Assembly: GCA_043821365.1 (NCBI GenBank)
Contig: JBDRCX010000006.1
Coordinates: 519,417 to 583,416 of the forward strand
From: Candidatus Micrarchaeota archaeon
Lineage (GTDB): Archaea > Micrarchaeota > Micrarchaeia > Anstonellales > Bilamarchaeaceae
Reading direction: 5' to 3'
DNA: 64,000 nucleotides
Shown here one piece after another: positions 30,847 through 38,368 of the stretch. The position numbers and the translations under genes are program-made. Position 1 is the first letter of the stretch; the number at the start of each line of letters is the position of its first letter. The notes under the pieces were generated by a model, which did no database searches, had not been told where the DNA came from, and saw only the letters and a program-made list of their open reading frames with translations.

Positions 30847-32214
30847 TCAATGATCATTAAATAAATAACTTCCACAAAATTTCAAAAATTCATTTAGTTT
30901 TTCTTTTGGTATTGATGCACCTGCAGCAATTTTATGCCCACCACCAATACCACTAATTTCTAGAGTAGCTTTTTTCATCAAATCTCCAAGATTTAATCCA
31001 TTTTCAACTAAAATTTTCGATCCTCTTCCAGAAACTTTTACTGTGTTATTGTCTCCAAGTGCAATTCCAATTATTGGTGTTGACCATTTTTGCTGAAATG
31101 CCATCCCACAAACAGTTCCTATTATGCCCTCATCAATTTTTCCTCTTCCATCAAGAAAATGAAATGCACCAAAATTCTGAATGTTACCATGTGCATATTC
31201 AATTCCGCTTCTAAGCATTCTTCTATGGTGTTGTAGTAGTGCCTTTGCTTCTGCATATGCATCATGATCTCCTAAACAAACCCGTACTCCTATGTCTGGT
31301 TGGGAATGTCTGCCACATGCATTCAAAATTGTACTGAATTCGTTTGCTTCATATGTTTCATCTTTTGGTCGATTTGGAAAAATGTAACTTTCACCAACAA
31401 GTTCATTTACTTTTTTCAACTGCCCATAGTTTATCAGAATTTTTGCAAGTGCACTTATCAAATTTTTCCTTTCATTATTATTTAGATCAACATATTTCTT
31501 CCCTTCATGTTCAATTTTAAGTTCATTCAAAAGTTCAATTGCCTTATCTTCTCTATATGAAATTCCAGGTATGTAGGGGTCATCACAGTAAGATAAAAAC
31601 TGCACTAATTGTCTGCAGTATCTCCCATAAAATCTTATATCTTCTTCAATTGTAATTTCGCCTTTCTTTTTTCCATCTTCCAAAACCCACCTATTCATAC
31701 CAGAAAGCGGAGATTGCATATCACCGACTGCTCCAACAACTGCAACATCTGCCATCTCTCTAAAAACACAATAGGCAGTGGTTGCTGCACTTAATTCTGT
31801 GCCACCATCTATACCATATAATACTGGGTTAATCTGGACTTTTTCTATGCCTTCTGTTTGGTGATGGTCAATAACAATGACATCTTTCAATTCATTCACT
31901 CTTTTATTCCCGCCTCCAAGATCTACAAAAATTATTTCTTGTTCTTGTGAATAGCGCTCGATGGCAGCATCATCTAGTTTTTTTATTGCCTCTCTTCTGA
32001 ATTTTTGATTATTTTTCAAAAATGCTTTTGCAACTATTGCACCTGAACTTAATCCATCTGCATCATAGTGGTGAACAATGATCGGATCTTTGAATGAAAG
32101 AGCCAGTTTTCTAGCTTCTTCACATTTTTCTAAAAATTCAGGATGTTCCATACCTACTTTCTTGCAAGTGTCTAATTTAAAATAAATTTCATTTATCATC
32201 CATCCATGATCCAA
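30847..32214 (-). CDS. DHH/DHHA1 phosphoesterase, archaeal RecJ/Cdc45-like (GAN-like)
   Basis: VHHYDADGLSSGAIV, VIDHHQ and GGGHKIAAGASIP motifs. The start is uncertain because 32214 overlaps the divergent gene; ATG at 32199 is an alternative. Confidence 0.8.
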   Translation of the reverse strand: MDHGWMINEIYFKLDTCKKVGMEHPEFLEKCEEARKLALSFKDPIIVHHYDADGLSSGAIVAKAFLKNNQKFRREAIKKLDDAAIERYSQEQEIIFVDLGGGNKRVNELKDVIVIDHHQTEGIEKVQINPVLYGIDGGTELSAATTAYCVFREMADVAVVGAVGDMQSPLSGMNRWVLEDGKKKGEITIEEDIRFYGRYCRQLVQFLSYCDDPYIPGISYREDKAIELLNELKIEHEGKKYVDLNNNERKNLISALAKILINYGQLKKVNELVGESYIFPNRPKDETYEANEFSTILNACGRHSQPDIGVRVCLGDHDAYAEAKALLQHHRRMLRSGIEYAHGNIQNFGAFHFLDGRGKIDEGIIGTVCGMAFQQKWSTPIIGIALGDNNTVKVSGRGSKILVENGLNLGDLMKKATLEISGIGGGHKIAAGASIPKEKLNEFLKFCGSYLFNDH

Positions 32215-32724
32215 AATATTTTGTTGAATTTGATATTGGCTATAGTGAAAGTTATTGCCGGAATAACGTTGTCTATAAATGCTGCCTACATGGGTATGTC
32301 TCTTCTTGACAAAATCACTGCATCAATAGATGAATGGAAAGAAATCAAAAAAGGAAATACTGCAGTTGGTATTCTTTATGCTGGTGCCATACTTTCGGTA
32401 ATAATACTCGCAGAGCCTCAAATTTATGATTTTGTAAATGCAATACAACTTGATTTTGGAGCACAATATCTTTTGGGAAGTCTTGCATTTGGACTTGCCA
32501 ACTACCTTGTTTCAGTTCTTCTAGGAATAATAGTAGTCTATCTTTCTATTCATGCAATTGATAGACTTTCAGGAGATCTTGAAGAACTCAAAGAACTAAA
32601 AAAGGGCAATGTTGCAATTGCAGTAATCATGGCAGTCATACTAGTTGCAATTGCATTTTCACTAAGAGCACCATTTGAATCAATATTTGAAACAATAAAG
32701 TCAATGGAGTCGTTAATTCTATGA
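32206..32724 (+). CDS. Membrane protein with two DUF350-like repeats
   Basis: Two copies of the pattern D-x-W/L-KE-I/L-KKGN-x-A-V/I-x-I followed by TM helices. Confidence 0.55.
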   Translation: MIQNILLNLILAIVKVIAGITLSINAAYMGMSLLDKITASIDEWKEIKKGNTAVGILYAGAILSVIILAEPQIYDFVNAIQLDFGAQYLLGSLAFGLANYLVSVLLGIIVVYLSIHAIDRLSGDLEELKELKKGNVAIAVIMAVILVAIAFSLRAPFESIFETIKSMESLIL

Positions 32725-34160
32725 AAATTCAAAAGTCAAATTTTTCTGAATGGTATAATACCATAATCAAAGAAGCACAACTTTGTGATCTGCGCTATGG
32801 CATCAAAGGCTTTGTAGTGTTCATGCCTTGGGCAGTCATGTCAATGAATAGAATGTATTCCATGTATGAAACTGCATTGGAATCCCGTGATCATGTGCCT
32901 GCTCTTTTTCCTGCACTAATTCCAGAACAATATTTTACTCGAGAAAGTGAACATGTGAAAGGTTTTATACCAGAAGTATTTTGGGTTACTGAAGCAGGCG
33001 GAAGTAAAACTGAAGAAAAGTATGCAATGCGACCAACTTCAGAAACTGCAATGTATACCATGTATGCTTTGTGGATTCATGGCAAAACTGATCTCCCACT
33101 AAAATTATATCAAAGATGTCAAGTCTGGAGACACGAAACCAAAGCAACCAAACCATTTATTCGTTCAAGAGAATTCCATTGGATAGAAGCACACAATTGT
33201 TTTGCAACACGTGAAGAAGCAATGGCACAAGTTAGGGAAGATATGGGAGTTGCAGAAGAGGTTATTCATAATCAATTTGGTGTTCCATTTTTGTTTTTCA
33301 AAAGACCACAGTGGGACAAATTTGCAGGTGCTGAAGATACTTATGCAGCAGATACTTTGATGCCAGATGGCCGTGCGTTGCAGTTGCCATCAACACACAT
33401 GCTTGGTCAGCATTTTTCAAAAGCATTTGGAATAAAATATGCAGATGAAAAAGGAATTGATCAGTATGTTTGGCAAACATGTTATGGTCCGTGTATTTCG
33501 CGAATTTATGCTGCAGTAATTGCAACTCATGGTGATGATAAAGGACTTGTACTTCCAATTAGGTTAGCCCCTGTTCAAGTTGTAATCATTCCAATTATCA
33601 AAGAAGGAACAAGTGAAGTTATAATGGCAAAATGTCATGAAGTGAAAAATAAAATTGAATGTTGTTTTGTTGTTAAAATTGATGATTCTGAAAAAACACC
33701 TGGATTCAAATTTAATGAATGGGAAATGAAAGGAGTTCCATTGCGTATAGAAATTGGAATGCGTGATCTTGAATCAGAAAGTGTTGTTGTTGTGCGGAGA
33801 GATAGTGGTGAAAAACAATCTGTAAAAATAGAAGAACTTGAAGAAACTCTGCACAAACTTGCTGAATCTATGGAAATAAATCTGAGAGAAAAATCAGACA
33901 AATTCTTTTCTGATAAACTTTCATCTGCTGCAACATTGGAAGAGCTTGGTAAGAAATTAGAAAGTGGCCATGGTTTTGTTCGTGTGCCATTTTGTTCTGA
34001 TCAAATGTCTGCAGAAAGCTGTGCTAACATTGTGAAAGATAAATGCCAGGCAAATGTCAGGGGATCACTTTTTGGTTCTGATGAAAAACCAGAAAAAGAA
34101 AAATGTCTTGGTTGCGGTGCCCCCGCAACAATTTATCTTTATGTTGCAAGACAATATTAA
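32721..34160 (+). CDS. proS: Prolyl-tRNA synthetase (archaeal/eukaryotic type)
   Basis: FSEWYNTIIKEAQLCDLRYGIKGFVVFMPWA..., class II core motifs, anticodon-binding region and a C-terminal Zn-type domain ending in Y. Confidence 0.9.
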   Translation: MKIQKSNFSEWYNTIIKEAQLCDLRYGIKGFVVFMPWAVMSMNRMYSMYETALESRDHVPALFPALIPEQYFTRESEHVKGFIPEVFWVTEAGGSKTEEKYAMRPTSETAMYTMYALWIHGKTDLPLKLYQRCQVWRHETKATKPFIRSREFHWIEAHNCFATREEAMAQVREDMGVAEEVIHNQFGVPFLFFKRPQWDKFAGAEDTYAADTLMPDGRALQLPSTHMLGQHFSKAFGIKYADEKGIDQYVWQTCYGPCISRIYAAVIATHGDDKGLVLPIRLAPVQVVIIPIIKEGTSEVIMAKCHEVKNKIECCFVVKIDDSEKTPGFKFNEWEMKGVPLRIEIGMRDLESESVVVVRRDSGEKQSVKIEELEETLHKLAESMEINLREKSDKFFSDKLSSAATLEELGKKLESGHGFVRVPFCSDQMSAESCANIVKDKCQANVRGSLFGSDEKPEKEKCLGCGAPATIYLYVARQY

Positions 34161-34178
34161 TTTTTTTATTTAAAAAAG

Positions 34179-34251
34179 TAGCCCCGAGCGGATTCGAACC
34201 GCTGTCAATGGATCCAAAGTCCACTATCCTTGACCGCTAGACGACGGGGCT
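34179..34251 (-). tRNA. tRNA-Gln (anticodon UUG), 73 nt, intron-less, no encoded CCA
   Basis: Reverse complement AGCCCCG-TC-GTCT-AGCGGTCAA-GGAT-A-GTGGA-CTTTGGA-TCCAT-TGAC-AGCGG-TTCGAAT-CCGCT-CGGGGCT-A folds as a cloverleaf. Confidence 0.9.
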
Positions 34252-34317
34252 AGTTAAATCTTAATCGCTTTGTTATGCAAAATGATTATTACAAAGCACA
34301 GAACAGATTTTAATTGA

Positions 34318-34731
34318 TATAGGCTCGAGAAATCCGCAGCAGTAACCGCAGAAGAACATGGCAAAGGAGTTTCTGATGCAGGATGGAAAATATTCACGAA
34401 TATCCTAAGCTACAAAGCGGCAGAAGCTGGTTGTGAAGTAATATTTGTGAATCCAAAAAATACGTCTAAAGTTTGCAACAGGTGTGGTTCATCTGTGCCA
34501 AAGAGGCTATGGGAAAGACAACATATTTGTCCTTCATGTGGTTTGAGCATGGATAGAGACCTCAATGCTGCGATAAATATACTCGAAAAAGCTACTGTTG
34601 GAATGGCAGGAAGTAACGCTTGTGTTGGAGAGCAACGCTCTTCGACAGCTAAAGGTTCAAAGCCTTTAGATGGAGATGTTTCAAAAGAAACGTCAATGAA
34701 GCAGGAAGCTCACATCCCTAGATGTGGGTAG
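34318..34731 (+). pseudogene. Remnant of an IS200/IS605-family TnpB (OrfB) gene; only the C-terminal approx 137 codons remain
   Basis: The open frame from 34318 encodes ...GVSDAGWKIFTNILSYKAAEAGCEVIFVNPKNTSKVCNRCGS...CPSCGLSMDRDLNAAINI...SMKQEAHIPRCG (RuvC-II/Zn-ribbon/RuvC-III end). The N-terminal two thirds are missing. Confidence 0.75.
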
Positions 34732-34740
34732 TTCACGAAG

Positions 34741-34751
34741 ATTATAAAAAG
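34741..34751 (+). promoter_or_regulatory. TATA-like box upstream of tRNA-Val
   Basis: ATTATAAAAAG lies about 26-36 nt upstream of the tRNA 5' end at 34777, the usual archaeal spacing. Confidence 0.5.
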
Positions 34752-34776
34752 CCTTTCACAATCATAAGAAACACAT

Positions 34777-35017
34777 GGGCTCGTAGTCGAATGGTTATGA
34801 CGTCCGCCTCACAGAAACTTTTTGGAAAAAAGTTTCACAAAAACCCGTTCAAAAAGTTTTGGGAGCGCGGAAGATTCGCGGTTCGATCGTTCTTTTTTAG
34901 TAAAACATTCGTGAACGTATTGCGTTCACGGTGCCCCATAAAAACGAATTCTCGTTTTTATAGGGAAGAACCAAAAAACTAGTTCCTAAAAAGCGCACGA
35001 AAATCCGCGCGGGCCCA
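34777..35017 (+). tRNA. tRNA-Val (anticodon CAC) with two introns: approx 52 nt at the canonical 37/38 site and approx 116 nt in the T-loop
   Basis: Exons GGGCTCG-TA-GTCG-AATGGTTA-TGAC-G-TCCGC-CTCACA / (N)GCGGA-AGATT-CGCGG-TTCGA / AT-CCGCG-CGGGCCC-A assemble into a 73-nt cloverleaf. The anticodon is at 34810-34812. Confidence 0.8.
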
Positions 35018-35151
35018 TTTTTTCATTTTAGTTTAAGTAATACTCAGGATAAAATGGAAGCTAAGTGAAATCTCAATTTCACAATTTTTGCTAATATAAG
35101 ATTCTTGTGGAGCAGGAGAATGTTTTAATTTCTTAACTTTGTTGTGCTATT

Positions 35152-36174
35152 ATGGCAAAAGCTAAAAAGAAAAAACATTTATCAAAAAAACATACAAAAA
35201 AATCTCCAAAAGTAAAACATAAAAAATCTCATAAAACTGTCAAAAAATCAAAACACACTATAAAAAAGAAAAAACAACACAAAACAAAAAAATCAATTAA
35301 GAAACCAAAAAAAATTGTTATAAAACCAATTAAATTCAAAAAATCAAAACAACCAACTGAAATTGTAATGCAGCCTATTGTATTGAAAGTAGTGTTGCCA
35401 AAAGAAATTTGCGATAGTTATCAAGAATTCGTTCCTAATCTAAGTAAATTGCCTCCATGGGAAAGCAGGCAGGCATTGAAAAATTTTATTTTTAGTAAGA
35501 ATCTAAAATTCTATTGCGTAAGTCGTGCATCGCCTGATTTCCAAACTGTGATGGGATTTTTTAACGAGTCTCCATATCAAGATGTTTCTGGACATTTTGT
35601 TATTTGTGTAAAAAGTTCAAGCAAAATTGTTGGTGCTTTGGATGGTTACATTGTTGATAATGTTCTTGTTCTTGGGAATAGTTATGTAAAATCAGATAAA
35701 AGGATTTTACATTTGCTTTTGTATGCTGCTGCATTGACAAGAAGAGAATCAAATTATGTCGTATGTTCAACAAGAGTTGACAAACCTTCTATTGATTTTG
35801 TTGGTATGCTTAATCTTCTCGGCAGAGGATTTGGGATGTATGCTGTCCCCTATCTTAAATCAACTTTTGTTTTTGTCAGAAGAATAAAAAAAGAAGGTCC
35901 TGTTACCAATGGGCAGGAAATTGCACATATCCTACGATCATTAAGACTTTCTGGGGATCATGAAATCCGTTCTGCAGTTTTTGAATTTAACAAAAGAAGT
36001 CTTGTTTCTTTGATACCTTTGCCAATGTCATTAGATAGAAAGGAAAATCTCTATGAACTAAAAGACAGCGGATCTTCACTTGGCTTTTCTACTGAGTCTT
36101 TAGATAGGTTGATTGGGTTGCTTAAACAATCAAAACTCAGTTACAAAGATCTAACTCCCGAGACTCTTTTCTAA
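35152..36174 (+). CDS. Hypothetical protein with a K/H-rich N-terminal tail of approx 60 aa
   Basis: MAKAKKKKHLSKKHTKKSPKVKHKKSHKTVKKSKHTIKKKKQHKTKKSIKKPKK followed by a globular region with no clear motif. Confidence 0.5.
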   Translation: MAKAKKKKHLSKKHTKKSPKVKHKKSHKTVKKSKHTIKKKKQHKTKKSIKKPKKIVIKPIKFKKSKQPTEIVMQPIVLKVVLPKEICDSYQEFVPNLSKLPPWESRQALKNFIFSKNLKFYCVSRASPDFQTVMGFFNESPYQDVSGHFVICVKSSSKIVGALDGYIVDNVLVLGNSYVKSDKRILHLLLYAAALTRRESNYVVCSTRVDKPSIDFVGMLNLLGRGFGMYAVPYLKSTFVFVRRIKKEGPVTNGQEIAHILRSLRLSGDHEIRSAVFEFNKRSLVSLIPLPMSLDRKENLYELKDSGSSLGFSTESLDRLIGLLKQSKLSYKDLTPETLF

Positions 36175-36216
36175 AAAACAAATAGTTAATTAATATCTTC
36201 CTAACCTCTTACATTT

Positions 36217-37077
36217 ATGTTTCGAATTGTTTTTCTTGGAACTTCTGCCAGTGCTCCAACTGTAGAAAGGGGCATGCCTTCAATTGCAATAAAATATGAA
36301 AGCGAACTTATTCTTTGGGATTGTGGTGAGGGAACACAAAGACAGCTTATGAAATACAAAGTTGGCTATGGGAGCATTGACCATATTATGATCTCCCATC
36401 CGCATCTTGATCATTATCTTGGTTTATTTGGTTTATTGGAAACATTGAGATTATCTTCTCCGGCTCCCCGTCCAGTTAATTTATTTGTTCCAAAACAACT
36501 TGATCTTCAAGATTATAAATTTGCAAAACTTTCAAAATTAAAAAATGGATTAATATATCGCGGAAAAAATTTTACAATAAGTGCATTTCCAGTCAAGCAT
36601 ACTAAAAATTCATTTGGTTTAGTTTTCCAAGAAGATGATAAAATAAAATTTCACGAGGAAAAAGCACATTCATTGGGAGTTCATGGAAAATTATTCAAAG
36701 AAATTCAGAAGAAAGGAAAAATCAAAACTGACAAAGGCGAAATAAAATTACAAGACATTACATGGAAAAATCCAGGGAAGAAAATTGTTTACAGTGGCGA
36801 TTGTTCATTCGATGATAATGTTCTTGAAGCAGCACGTGGTGCAGATATTCTAATTCACGAGGCAACATTTGATTCGTCGAAAAAACAAGAAGCAACAGAA
36901 AGATCTCATAGCACTGCAGAGGATGCAGCAATGGTTGCAAAGAAAGCAAAAGTAAAACAACTAATTCTGACTCACATCAGTCCTAGGTATTCTAATAGTA
37001 ATATATTACTAGAGCAGGCAAAGGCAATATTTGAAAATACGACGGTAGCCAAGGATGGATTTACTGTGGATTTGTAA
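36217..37077 (+). CDS. rnz: Ribonuclease Z (tRNA 3' endonuclease, metallo-beta-lactamase fold)
   Basis: MFRIVFLGTSASAPTVERGMPSIAI...WDCGEGTQRQL...SHPHLDHYLGL...THISPRY. Confidence 0.9.
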   Translation: MFRIVFLGTSASAPTVERGMPSIAIKYESELILWDCGEGTQRQLMKYKVGYGSIDHIMISHPHLDHYLGLFGLLETLRLSSPAPRPVNLFVPKQLDLQDYKFAKLSKLKNGLIYRGKNFTISAFPVKHTKNSFGLVFQEDDKIKFHEEKAHSLGVHGKLFKEIQKKGKIKTDKGEIKLQDITWKNPGKKIVYSGDCSFDDNVLEAARGADILIHEATFDSSKKQEATERSHSTAEDAAMVAKKAKVKQLILTHISPRYSNSNILLEQAKAIFENTTVAKDGFTVDL

Positions 37078-37126
37078 TTTTACTTCAACTCATCTATTTT
37101 TATATTATATTCATTTAATTGAATTC

Positions 37127-37690
37127 ATGTTCAAAAAATTGAATTTGTTTTCAAAAACTGAAATTAAACTCCTTTCTTTTATCTCATTCCAGGACAGGGA
37201 ATTATATGAACGTGAAATTGCAATTGGGGCAAAGATAAGTGTTGGGTCGGTAAATTCAATTCTAAAAAAATTAAGTTCTCTAGGTCTTGTGATCAAATCA
37301 AAAAAAGGGAAAATGCTTTTTTACAGGAGGAATGATTCAAACCCAGTTTTACGTCAATTCAAAATTTTTGTAAATGTGTCGCTCTTATTTCCGTTGGTAA
37401 AAAAATTAGTACCAATATCAAAGAGAATAGTGCTTTTCGGCAGCTGTGCAGAAGGTAGGAATGGTGAAACCAGCGATATTGATCTATTTATTCTTACTTC
37501 TGAAAAAGACAGGGTGAAAAAAATACTTAGAACATATAATGAAATTCAAGGGATAGTTATGAATTCAGTTGAATATTCAAATTTACGAGATAAAGATAGG
37601 GTTTTTTATGATAATATAAACAAAGGAATAGAATTGGGGGATGAAATATGGATGAGCGATTTAGGAGATGTATCGAAGAAAGGAAGTTAG
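37127..37690 (+). CDS. Minimal nucleotidyltransferase (MNT) with an N-terminal wHTH; antitoxin-like partner of HEPN
   Basis: VLFGSCAEGRNGETSDIDLFILT (the G-S-x(n)-D-x-D NTase motif). ATG at 37127 follows a TTTTTATATTATAT box; the track start at 37055 overlaps rnz. Confidence 0.75.
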   Translation: MFKKLNLFSKTEIKLLSFISFQDRELYEREIAIGAKISVGSVNSILKKLSSLGLVIKSKKGKMLFYRRNDSNPVLRQFKIFVNVSLLFPLVKKLVPISKRIVLFGSCAEGRNGETSDIDLFILTSEKDRVKKILRTYNEIQGIVMNSVEYSNLRDKDRVFYDNINKGIELGDEIWMSDLGDVSKKGS

Positions 37691-38064
37691 TAAAAATTAG
37701 AATTGAAAAGGAACTAGTTGTTAAGGAACTTAAAGCAGCCGAAGAGGATTTGATCAGTGCAGAAAATTCCATCAGGAAAGGGGATTACAAATGGGCCACT
37801 ATTCAATCCTATTATTCCATGTTCCATACTGCACGTTCTCTTGTTCTTAGTCGTGGTTATCGTGAAAAAAGCCATCTTTGTTTATCAGTTGCCTTGAGAA
37901 ATCTTTTTGCAAACAGGTTGGAAGAAAAATATTTTAACAATCTGAGGGACTGCATGGCACTTCGAGAAGATGCTGATTATGGTTTAATTTATTCAGAGCT
38001 CTCGTCTAAACAGGCGTTGACATGGGCAAGGGATTTTATCCATGTAGCTCGCCTTTTAATATAA
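37648..38064 (+). CDS. HEPN-domain protein
   Basis: Four-helix pattern with ALREDADYG near the C-terminus. It overlaps the MNT gene by 43 nt, the typical MNT-HEPN pair arrangement. Confidence 0.7.
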   Translation: MDERFRRCIEERKLVKIRIEKELVVKELKAAEEDLISAENSIRKGDYKWATIQSYYSMFHTARSLVLSRGYREKSHLCLSVALRNLFANRLEEKYFNNLRDCMALREDADYGLIYSELSSKQALTWARDFIHVARLLI

Positions 38065-38230
38065 TAGTAATAATATACTCTCGACATCATCACTATCTAT
38101 AAACCCCGTAAACGTACGGGAGACGTATGTATACTGCGTCTATTGTCTAAATTAAAACTGCAGTTTATAAACTGGAGTTTATGTTTGAGGCCAATGTTTA
38201 TAAAGATTTTGAAAGACAGTCTCTCAAAGA

Positions 38231-38347
38231 GATAGGGTAGCCCCTATCCTGGAACTCAGGGGAGAATCTCTTCTGAGCTTTGTGGGCCGCGCAGGGAAAA
38301 AAAACACCGCCGTTAATTGTTTTAGGCGGCCCTATAGTTGGGCGGTG
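38231..38347 (+). promoter_or_regulatory. Structured GC-rich 5' leader of the S-layer gene (hairpins plus interleaved 7-bp stems)
   Basis: GATAGGG/CCCTATC (38231-38248); GGGCCGC (38284-90) pairs with GCGGCCC (38326-32); CACCGCC (38305-11) pairs with GGCGGTG (38341-47). The SD GAGGTGA is at 38358-64. Confidence 0.5.
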
Positions 38348-38368
38348 AAAAAAAATTGAGGTGAAAAA

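Noticed and set aside
32199-32214. An apparent 9-nt 5'-5' overlap between the RecJ-like gene (minus strand) and the DUF350 gene (plus strand).
   Set aside because: It most likely reflects an over-extended start call for the RecJ-like gene, since an alternative ATG exists at 32199. I do not treat it as a real feature.
34722-34982. An 86-aa ORF downstream of the TnpB remnant.
   Set aside because: It runs straight through the exons and introns of tRNA-Val (34777-35017). Its sequence is explained by the tRNA and the hairpin modules.
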